A stretch of 59,348 bases of DNA, the filler included, from Dugesia japonica (Eukaryota): NCBI GenBank assembly GCA_001938525.1. It is 5 parts of 5 records of this genome, joined end to end, with 100 filler letters (N's around TTAATTAATTAA, not from the genome) between each part and the next. Parts side by side here need not be neighbours in the genome. Positions count along the whole stretch, not along the records: positions 44,692 to 59,348 come from MQRL01525182.1; 4 more parts are not named here. One strand, written 5' to 3'. The notes under the pieces are model-generated. The model was not told where the DNA came from and ran no database searches. It saw only the letters and a program-made list of their open reading frames with translations. Every line of letters starts with the position of its first letter. Positions within the stretch are counted from its first letter, which is position 1. Positions 48,765 through 59,348 of the stretch are shown one piece after another. The position numbers were made by a program, and so were the translations under genes.

Positions 48765-48880
48765 TTTCATTTAAAATAAAAGCTTCGATCAAAAACTTTT
48801 TTATTGTTTTTGATCCAAGCTTTTATTTTAAATGAATTATAAAAAACGATCAATTATTCTCGCAATAATTGCAATTTTAA
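48765..48880. mobile_element. Penelope pLTR fragments in inverted arrangement
   Basis: TAAAATAAAAGCTTCGATCAAAA..TTTTGATCCAAGCTTTTATTTTA..AATTATTCTCGCAATAATT. Confidence 0.6.
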
Positions 48881-50479
48881 AAGAAATAATATTTATTTGA
48901 ATATCAAATATTTTAAACATGAAATATATTGAGGTTACTAACAATTTTGAGAGAAAATCGAGTTATTTTAAAATTTTTAGGGTTTCTATCCCAAAGCTTC
49001 TAATAATAGCGAAAATTAAAAAGTTAATGTGCGACCGATAGGGTTTCGATGTCTCTAAATCATTTGATTGGAAAATCATTCTTGAATTTATTTTGGTGAA
49101 ACATTTTATTGGAAGACGTTTGTAAAAGTCAACTTTGAGTGTACTGAAATATTATTTGTTCATGCAATTATGTTTAAAGATTTTGGTGAAGTTAATATAC
49201 ATGTGTGCGTTGAAAGCACGTTTTCATTGTAGTACGAAATTTGCATATTTGCCAAAGTGTGATAATGTGTGTTATTTGTGAAATTTTAGAAGAGAATAAT
49301 TTTTATTTAGACTGAAATATAATTTGATTATCGAGAGGATTTATTTTGGTTCAATCGCAGTAATTATAATTTAATTTGTAAAAATTAATTAACAGAGACG
49401 CACCTGATCTGAATACAGTCGGATCTTAAGTCTTGTGTATACCCCGACATTATTACTATTTTTATTTGATATTTTTCCATGTCCTTAACGTTTTTAATTT
49501 TTCTGTTTTTCATTGGTAATATATAGGATATCGAATTTATTTTCAGATATAGCAAAATAGAATTAAATTTGTGAATTTTTAAATTATAATATAATTCCAA
49601 GTTAAAATAAAAATCGAATATATAAAATCAGATAAAAGACAAACAAAATTTTAAATTTTCCATGTCCAAAAATAAGAATGTCTTGAAATAAAACTTTTGA
49701 AATATATTAATATAATTAATCGAATAATTAATCGGCTGCATTTTTGTAAAAAGGAACATTTGCAGCAATTAGCAAAGTTATAAATTTTTAAAATTTCTTT
49801 TGTTTACAAAAATTGAATTCAAAATTGAAAAATTTTAAATAAAATTTTAAAAAAAAAAAAAGGTAAAATTGTTTAAAACGTAGTTTTTATTTATTTTTTT
49901 TTTTGAGTTTGGATCACTGAAAGGTTATTTAATGATTTATCGATAACTGTTTACAAAAATACAAAAATACTTAATGGAAATACTTAAATTGTGTACAAAA
50001 ATCCTTATGTTGATTTGATTTCTCCAACAAAACATTCCATATCGACGCCCCAAGAATTTTTTGGTGTTGGAAAATGAACAAGATTTACATGAATGTAGTT
50101 AACTTAAATAGATTATTGAATTTAAGTGTTCAGTCAATTAACCGACAGATTCATAGAAAAATTTGAGAAAAAATGTCTACATGGATTCAAAACACAAACT
50201 ACATCCAATCGATGTAGCTATATACAGTCAAACATCCAAAAATAAAGCACTGTAGACGGTTGAAACTAAGAAACGAGCGTTATCAAGCATATATATGATA
50301 GGCTCTATTGAAAGGAAAAAAATACGAGTATTTTCTATGTCCGAACGAAATTCGATTGCTGAAATCATAGAGTTGTAGAAGAAGCCTATTTGACAATGAA
50401 TTGTGTTTTAAATTATCATTTAAATAAATATTTCCAATCAGTTACGTTTTACTTATGGAATTTGCATTTTATTGTTAAA

Positions 50480-50573
50480 AGAATAGTAATAATAAAATTA
50501 ATAATAATAATGATAATAANNNNNNNNNNNNNNNNNNNNNNNNNNNNNNNNNNNNNNNNNNNNNNNNNNNNNN

Positions 50574-50629
<56 letters not shown>

Positions 50630-50640
50630 TAATAATAATA
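50480..50640. repeat. (TAA)n microsatellite, gapped
   Basis: Direct reading. Confidence 0.9.
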
Positions 50641-51399
50641 TTAATTTCATTTGGTTCAAAATAATATTTGAGGCTCATCATTTTTCAAGATTGAAATATT
50701 ATAAAGATTACGGTGTAAAAGTTCACACCAAAGGTATGAAAATCATAGTTTATATTTAAGTGTGAAAGTCCACACCTTAAAAAGTTCATTTAAATAACAA
50801 CAGTAACAATAATATGTTTTGAATATTCTCACGCCAACAAAAAATAATAGAAAATATTTCGTTGTTTAAATTAAGGTGTGAAAGTTCTCGTCAAATGTGT
50901 CAAAATTCACACCTATATAAAACAAAAATAATAATAATTATTACTATAACAATAATAAAAATAATAATAATTTTATGTATTGATATTCAGTGCCCAACGC
51001 TTAAAACCAAAGCAATGATAAATCATTTGTTTACTTTAAACTGCGATTAAAAATAAAAAAAAAGTTTTTTAGATCATAGTGACAAAGTTCACTTTTTATA
51101 TTAATGTCTGAAAATTGGTGCAAAAAATGTCAAAATTCACACCTTTTATTGTTTACATTATGAAGCGTGAACAGTGATTGCGTCACATCTGGTTCTATCT
51201 ACACTTATCTGTCTATTCGTTTCTACTAATCAGAATGAAGGATTTTTAAATTTGAAACTTATTCAATGACGCAATAGATCAAAGTGATTAAATATTTGCT
51301 TATTAGCTTATTTTAAATAAATAAATTTATTTAAAAGGTTTATGAAAACTTCTTATAATTTAGGTGTATTGCACATCCACTGCATTTATATTAAGGGGT

Positions 51400-52030
51400 A
51401 AAAATAAATTTACTTATAAACTTCTGATATCATTCCTTATACAAACCTTTTCAAATTTGGTATCGTTAGAATTTTAGTGAAATTACGGATTTAACTAGCA
51501 TATTATCAAATGAGTTTGACGAATACCTAACGAGATATTTAACTTCAGATAAATTAAGTTGGGTTTTTCAAATAATTTCCGTTAAAAAATTAAAATTTCC
51601 GAGAAATTTCATAATATAGAACGAAGCAATAACAGTACCTAGTTTACATCATTATATGCAGGAAATCAAAACTTTCCATAAATACAGAAGTGGACTAATA
51701 AAATTTAAGTTCATATTGAAAAACTACTACATAAAATGTTCATCCGAAGTCTTTCATAAAATTACGAGAAATGTAAATCTTGAAATGTTTGAACACTAAA
51801 AAATAGCAACTTACAAGTACTATCATACAAATTGCAATAGTATTAAGTTGTTGTTTATCAAAGAATATTAGATATGACGCACTAAGTATGTTTTATAGTA
51901 AATTCTTTTCGCTTAACTTAAACCCAAAGAACGTTTGTGTACATATACACTTGGAATTGATGAAGACGTTTACATCGTATTTCGAGACATTTATTTCCAT
52001 TGCTATATATCTATCCATATTTATTGATAA
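51400..52030 (+). pseudogene. Possible non-LTR retrotransposon ORF2 C-terminal remnant
   Basis: KPKERLCTY-TLGIDEDVYIVF resembles the terminal ERxCxxC..EDxxH zinc knuckle; heavily decayed. Confidence 0.35.
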
Positions 52031-52236
52031 TTGAGTGAAAATGGAGTAGATATAGAGAAAGGCTCCAGAGCAAGGAATATCGGCGTTGTCATGAAAACAT
52101 TTAACATGGAACCCGTATCTAGGGCACAACAATGACCGTGTATGATTTCCATGACAACAAATAGTTCTTTGCGCTACAGTTCACCATTGAATCTATTAAA
52201 TTGAGTAAAAATTTGATTAATTTTGAATCTGTGTTT

Positions 52237-52551
52237 CAGTAGCGTAGCTACAGGGAAACAACTGGAAGCACCGCCTTTTTGCCCTCGACGTTAGGGGGCT
52301 CTTTTAAAAATTAATTTACTTATTATTTATATATTAAAAAACATATATTTAATTAAGTTTTTTCGGTTTATAAATATCGTTTATAAATATTAAAATATCA
52401 AATAGATATATTTATTTAAAATTAAATTATAAATATTAAATAATCCTCCACGTAGAGTCATATATTGGTTTCTGAATAAATAAAGAAATTTTAGTAGGGA
52501 CCCCTTAGTTAGAATTTGCTTATGGGCCTAAAAATATTAGTTACGCCACTG
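52237..52551. mobile_element. Non-autonomous hAT MITE
   Basis: TIRs CAGTAGCGTAGCTA / TAGTTACGCCACTG; 8-bp TSD CTGTGTTT on both sides. Confidence 0.9.
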
Positions 52552-54687
52552 CTGTGTTTAAAGATTTACTTTGAATGGAACGATAGAATTGAATACTGTG
52601 CTGATCAGAAAGAAAAGATATTGATCATAGATTACAAAATATGCATCACAGAAAATAATCATCTTATAACATGGAAATGAAATTATTTATATATAACAAA
52701 AATATTAAACTTTATTTAACATTTTCTGGTTTATATTAAAATTTATATATTATTTTGTTGAAATAATCACCTATCAAACTCAATCATTAATTTAAACAAA
52801 TAAAATATAATTTCGATGAGTTTTTTTTCATTTAAATCTTTTTAATATTTGCAGATTATTTCCATTGACAGACATTCAAGTTTGCTAAAATTATTATTTT
52901 TCATTTAAAATATTCAAAAAAATATTTATTTTTGATTAATGTAAATGAATACATGTTAATATATATTCTTAAAAAATATTAATTTTACAAACAATCTTCA
53001 ATAAAAAGTTTTTTGCTATCTATAAATATCTATTAGATCGTAGATTCTTAAACTTTGTTCTGCGGACCCGTTGGCATTAGTAAAAAAAGTTTGAGTAAAC
53101 AAAATGTATTCATTAATAATACCGTCTTTTGTAGGTTATCGCATAAGGAAACCAGACAATAATCAAAAGTAAAGTTATCAAAATCTTCTGTATTAGCCTA
53201 CCAACAAATAAGGCGAATGAAGTATAATTTAAATTCATGGTTCTTATGTGCTTTATGCTCACATTTTATTTAAACAAATAGTAAAAGAAAAGAAATTATT
53301 CATTTCATAGTTGTTTTTTTAAAAAAAGTTTGCATAAAAAAACAAAAAAATTCATAATTTCACAAAAAATTACCAAGAAAATCAATAAAAAATTCATAAC
53401 TTTTTTCATAATAATTTTTCTTATTAAAATTGTTTTAAATAAATAAAATTGAAACCACAGAGTGCAATATTTTTTTGGAATCGTGTATAATTAACAACTA
53501 CTAATAATTTATGTTGATCAAAAAAAACATTTTTTAAAAATTTTATTATTAATAAAGATGTTGTGGTGAAACATCAAGGAGAAAAATTATTAAAAACTAG
53601 AGAGACTTCAAATAATTGGTGTTCAGTTCAATTAATAGTAATAAAACTGAAATTAATAAGGAATAAAATTTTTATTAATTGAACCGAAAACCTAATTCAA
53701 AGGAGGGAGAAATAAAAGAATTAATATCAATATTAATTAGGAAGAAGGACAAATTATAGAAGAATTATAATAAAAGATGAAATTAATTTTATATAATAAC
53801 AAAAAGATTAAATCGCAAAAGAAATAATTAATTAATTAAAAAAGATAAAAAACAAAGGACAGTTAGTTAATAAAAGAAAAAGTTGGATTACTATTTTACG
53901 ATTATTATTTTGTTCCTTTGCATTATTATTGTTATACTTTATTGATATTATCAATTAACGCGCCGCCTTTCATTTTTATTACTTTGCTAATTACTATTAT
54001 TATCATTATCACTATGATTATTATTACTATTATCCGTAATATTATTATGCTCCCCATAATAATATCATACAATCATTGACGTCATTATCATTATTATTCT
54101 TGCTATTGACTTTATTGTTTCTATCAAAATTAACTTAGGATTGCTATCATTGTTGTTATTGTGGTCAAAATTAATTTTTATTATCCTATCTCACCATTTT
54201 TATTGTGACTACTATTATCATTATTATTTTATCACTGGCATAACTATTTATTAGTCTCTTTAATAGTTTCATCACTAATAATATTAAACTCTTGATTATG
54301 TTGGTCTACAACACCAATAATTAATAAAAATTGAGAGGGAGAAGGTCAAGAAGAGTTTATGATGTTTAGGATTTTAGTTAGAATATTGTGTAAAGATTAT
54401 TTATTTTTGAATGTATGGAATGTTTTGTAATTGTATTTATAATTGAAAATTATAAGAAATCATGAATTCTGTAGTATGAATTCGATTAATATCATTATTA
54501 TTAATATTAATTATTATTGTTATAATTAATTATTATGTTTTTTGTATTAATATTGTATTATTATTATTATTATTATTATATTATAGTAAAAATTTTTTTT
54601 AATTAATCTGGCAAAAAATAGACCAGATTTTAATTATTATTATTAATTCTATTTTTTTGTCTATTTTATGGACTATGTCCATCATTC

Positions 54688-54689
<2 letters not shown>

Positions 54690-54755
<66 letters not shown>

Positions 54756-54805
54756 NNNNNNNNNNNNNNNNNNNNNNNNNNNNNNNNNNNNNNNNNNNNN
54801 NNNNN

Positions 54806-54876
<71 letters not shown>

Positions 54877-54880
54877 GTGG
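54690..54880. repeat. (TTA)n microsatellite, gapped
   Basis: Direct reading. Confidence 0.95.
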
Positions 54881-55401
54881 TTTTATTATTATTATATTTA
54901 TTTTACTCCGTGGCCTGAATCTGGACTAATGAGATAATTTTCTGTTAGTCCAGAAGTAAGTACACCTTGAAAAAGCCAGGTTAAAAATAATTAATTATCA
55001 CAATTGGTGTGCAGATGTGTGCACAATATGTTGCATCGTTCGTTATTTTTGTTGTTAGGTTCACATTTTTAGTTGTTTTGGTTTTAAAAAAATTTTTTTA
55101 ATTTATTTGAGGTTTGATTTGAAAAGGTATTATTATTGATTATTTTGATATTATTATTGATTATTGTCATTAACTATTCTTATTAGTTTTGTGTTATTTA
55201 TTGAATTAGATTGCGCGGGTTATTTTTATCAGCTGCATTTTTCACTGATAAATAGAATTCACAATAAAGTCAATATTAAATTATGTTAAATGTTTAAATA
55301 ATTTGTAAACTGTTGGTTACTTTGATATTGATAATATTGTGTTGTGAAAATAGTTTGCATTTCTGATGATTTGTTTTCTTACCTCCGATATAAATTTAGA
55401 A

Positions 55402-55907
55402 ATGGCAAATGAAACATTTGAGAATATGTGGGAACTCGTGAAGGGAAATAAATTTCAATTAATAAATGAAGTTAATAATTAGTTCATTTGCAATATTTGT
55501 ATTGAATTGATGATGAAGGCTTGTAGTTGCAAGTATTGCTCGAATTGTATAGAAATTATTTAGATGGTCATGGTTAAGAAAAAGATTTTGAGAAAAATGT
55601 TTTTATTAATTATCCAATTAACATTAGTATTTCAGAAACTGTTGTAAAACGTCGAAATAAATATTTTTTATTTACAGATGAGTTGGGTTTGAAAGAAAAC
55701 CACATAAGAATATGCGACAAGAATCCGAGAAGTTGTCCATATTTCAAAATGGGATGTAAGAACAATGAAGTGTTTAATGAAAAAATGAAAGATCATCTTT
55801 GTACAAGAGATTTACTATCAAACGAAATCATTATTAGATTTTATAATTTACAATACAAGATGGAATCAATCACGAATGACACTTATTATTATTATTATTT
55901 TGAATAA
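55402..55907 (+). pseudogene. TRAF-like RING and TRAF zinc-finger pseudogene
   Basis: *FICNICIELMMKACSCKYCSNCI (RING with a deletion); after a TTTACAG acceptor, LKENHIRICDKNPRSCPYFKMGC..KMKDHL; in-frame stops. Confidence 0.75.
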
Positions 55908-56012
55908 AAATTTTAATGTCCATTTAATATTAAATTATGACTTCATTAAGAATAAATCAATATGAACTAGGATTATTCTATAATATTTAAATTGTCTNNN
56001 NNNNNNNNNNNN

Positions 56013-56985
56013 CAATCAATATGCAGATGAAATCGATATCATCAGAGTAGTTAATGTATCAATTAATAAAGTATTAGAAAAGAAGGAAACAAGTAAATCA
56101 AAATTATTAGATTTAAATAATTGCTTGTTTTGCGATGTTTCATTAGATAATTTGTTACCATTGATAAATGGAATTAATCATGAATAAATATTTAGACTGT
56201 GAATTATATCGAGAATATGTAGAATCAGTAAAAGTCGGAAAAGAATAAATCGAGACGAATCTTGAATATTCCATTGGACAGAATTGTATTAATCAATTGA
56301 AAAATGTTTTAAAGGTATATTTTCTGGTGAAGTGATAAATAATATCGATTAACATTCAAAAGGGAAAGAAATAATGAAAACATCGGAAGGTAAAGATTTA
56401 TTTGATATCAGAGATGAAATGTTAGTAATTGATGAAGATAATTTCACAGTGGAAAGTGTATCGAAGATCGATAAAAGTGACGTTAGGTAAACCTATATGG
56501 CAAAAATAAATCCAAAGAAATTATTAAAACAATATCTAGAAAATTTCGGAATAAACACAAATGAATATTTGTTAGCAATAATTAATGAACTTGATTAATT
56601 TTACCATGTTTCAATGAATGAAAAGTTAAATTTAGATGAATTAAAATTTTTTGACGAGAACAAAAGCGAGTTGCAATTAATAATGGAAAGTATAGAAAGA
56701 GAATTATTTTGATGTGAAAACAGCAGAAAAAATTTTACTATTGTTTAGAATCATTGTTTTGAAGAACTAATTAAAGAAGAAAAATATGATATTGAAAATA
56801 ATGAATTTTGTGAAAATATATCACTTGAAAAAGCAATCGAAAAGGATCTAATTATTCCAGTACTTGTATATGTTAATTTAAAAAGCGAAAATAAATTAAT
56901 AAATTTAAATGAAATGATTGAATGTGGAATATTAAATGCATTAGCAAATGAAATCAAAAGACAGGGAGAGGGGGGAGAAAAATAA
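56013..56985 (+). pseudogene. Decayed acidic ORF of unknown origin
   Basis: Long, mostly in-frame protein-like stretch with scattered stops, ending ..ECGILNALANEIKRQGEGGEK*. Confidence 0.35.
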
Positions 56986-59281
56986 TAGTAATGAGATTTC
57001 AAAAGGAAATAAAACATAAATAATATCACCGATAGAGATAAAGAAGTTGTTCCTTTTTATTTATTTTTGTATCAAAAGCTTATACTATTAACTTGTAAAA
57101 ATTAATCTAAAAAATTGAATTCTTTCGATCTTACTTTAAACTTGGTTTATTTATTAATTTTATTTACAAATAAAAAAAAGAAAAAGAAATATCAAAAATG
57201 TGTTTGTTTTAATTAATTGAATTCGTTGGTTTAATGATTTAATTTCAATTGAGTTTGAACGTCATTTCGTTTTTCTTTCTCGACTATTTGAATAAAACAA
57301 TGAATTTTTTGCCGACGAATTAATTTACATTCAATAGATTACTAACGAAAATAATTTAGATAACAAATTAAACTAAAAATGTAGTATCACTGAATTTATT
57401 AAAAGGATTTTTCTTTAAATTAGACATTTGTCTTTATGGGAATTAAAACGGACTAACATTCTGGTCCAATGGACTCAAAGAAAAGGGTGAGGTCATGCAC
57501 TCCTTTTAAACTGGGAGTCACAGGGGCGATCCCGAAAATGATCTTAGGACAATCATTAAAATGCATGTGTTTTTCACGAGTGTGCCCCTACAGAAATAAA
57601 ATCTTTTTAAATTTGTGAAAACCCAACAATTATAATAATCACAAGTCCCCGACATATTTAACTCAATTAACATTACTTTGATGAATTTTCCTTTTAGAAA
57701 ACGAAACATGCCCAGCTTTCCTATTTTAACTTTTTGAATCATCAAGCACGAGCTAGTGTCAGCGCGGTTATTAAATCTCAACGAAGTGGGACATCCCGGC
57801 GAAACAGACCTAGGGTGTTTTGCCGAGATGTTTCCACTAAATCCACCACCAAGCTACGACTAAATCTGTTTTTATTTTAATAAATATTTTATTGAACCAT
57901 TTGTTGTTTAACTTATTTATTGATACTTTATCTTTATCAGAATGAGCTGAAATTACGAATGGAGTTTAAATCTGCTTGGAAATTGCCGCATTATTATTTA
58001 GAGGGTTTGTAATCCTTATCGCCGGAATGTCGATATCCTGATGGATAAGCAGAACCTGCCCACAAAAGCCATAATTCACCATAGATGCAAAGATAGACGC
58101 CAGCGTTATCTCGATAAAAATTGGCTTCGACTGACTATGGCACATACCAAGCCACCCGCATTCATAACCCCGTTCTTTACCAAGGATAAGGAGAATAATC
58201 CGCTTGGGAAAGGAGTTATTATTGATACTTTACATCTTTATTTATCAGTGTTTTGAAATTAGTATTATCATATCTTTTTGCCATAATCTTATTATAATTT
58301 TCATTATTGATATCCCTTTTTAAATTAAAGGAGTCGAAGTAGAGCCCGTTCTGCACTACTCACAACAAGAAAGAAAACCAATGACAGCAATGACCAAAAA
58401 AATGACTTGGGAGCTGTATTGACTAGCTGAAACAGAATAGGGAAGATCAAATTGCAGCCAAAAAGGACAAAATTAAAGTGTTTAAAAATGATGCCGTGAA
58501 TTTCGGGAAAAGCTGCGCTGTTGCACCCTAATGACACGGCTCTGGAAATAGACCGCAAATAGACTATTCCGTAAAATAGCGTTCTTAACGCAATACATCG
58601 CGGACCTGGCCTCGAGACACAGCCAACTGACGATCAACTAGTGGGCTAATACAGACAATGCGATAGCATTCGATATTGAACCAGAACATCTAGCATAAGC
58701 TTAACTATCTAAATGATTCTGAATAAATATTAGAATTTGTTAAATTAATCTTTTCATAAGCCTAATAATAGGGGTAAATTTCAGGACCCAAACTAAATGG
58801 ATGCGAACCAGCACTGCAAATACAGGTTGGCAGTCCTCGGTCCTATTCCGAAGATCTGGAATTTGGACGCTAGATTAATTTCTTAGCGGGTATCTACCTG
58901 GTGACCGATCCCCAGTTCTAGAACTTAGGCGTAAAACCCAAATGGAACCCCAACAAAGAAACAAAATATAAAATAAATTAATAAAATCATAATTAAATAA
59001 CATAAATAAAAATAATATCAAAACTGTGAGAAATTTCCCTACAAACTTAATGAAATTCCTCATAAAATATTATTTTTCATTTAAATTATTACCAATTTTA
59101 TATCTTTCAGAAATTTATGTTAAATCATTAAAACTTTTCCAGATTTCATAGGGAAATTATAATTATAAAATATCTTTTTGAAGTTTTATTTCACCAAAAT
59201 TTAAATTACTCTTACTGTTTAATAATCTTTTTATTATTTGAGAAAATTGAAAATTAAAATTAAAATTGTTTGCTGGTAAAA

Positions 59282-59348
<67 letters not shown>
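59282..59348. repeat. (TTA)n microsatellite
   Basis: Direct reading. Confidence 0.95.

Noticed and set aside
49930-50400. Decayed protein-like stretch (NPYV..ISP, IEFKC, VDG*N*ET)
   Set aside because: The motifs are too fragmentary to assign to a YqaJ-type nuclease or a polymerase.
51893-52132. Minus-strand ORF with SIFTQLSINMDRYIAM, resembling GPCR TM3/DRY
   Set aside because: No flanking transmembrane helices are in frame, and the opposite strand reads better as a LINE C-terminal knuckle; likely coincidence.
45166-54937. Poly-I/L/Y/N ORFs in the ORF track
   Set aside because: They are translations of TAA microsatellites and N-runs.

Overview
Very AT-rich, repeat-laden eukaryotic DNA. It is most likely from a triclad flatworm (planarian), judging by a mir-190 hairpin of the planarian type, TAA microsatellites and a TRAF-like pseudogene; this assignment is inference. 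Four artificial 100-bp spacers (44N-TTAATTAATTAA-44N) divide the window into five contigs: 1-9529, 9630-18294, 18395-35542, 35643-44591 and 44692-59348. Adjacency across the spacers is therefore not meaningful. The third contig is almost entirely a decayed endogenous Maverick/Polinton (adintovirus-like) locus that the ORF track only catches in pieces. It holds a packaging ATPase, small virion proteins, a minor capsid gene split by a Penelope retroelement, a major capsid gene, a protease and a convergent pPolB N-terminal remnant. Two further, divergent capsid-protease modules follow in tandem. A Penelope family whose 3' pseudo-LTR carries a minimal hammerhead ribozyme motif is scattered through all contigs. 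Host-type content comprises an intronless 312-aa orphan ORF, three filamin-repeat exons, a mir-190 hairpin with no visible talin host gene, and a TRAF-like pseudogene. The remainder is decayed hAT, Merlin, Tc1, mariner, pogo and piggyBac-type elements. All protein calls come from manual translation and motif recognition, not database searches.
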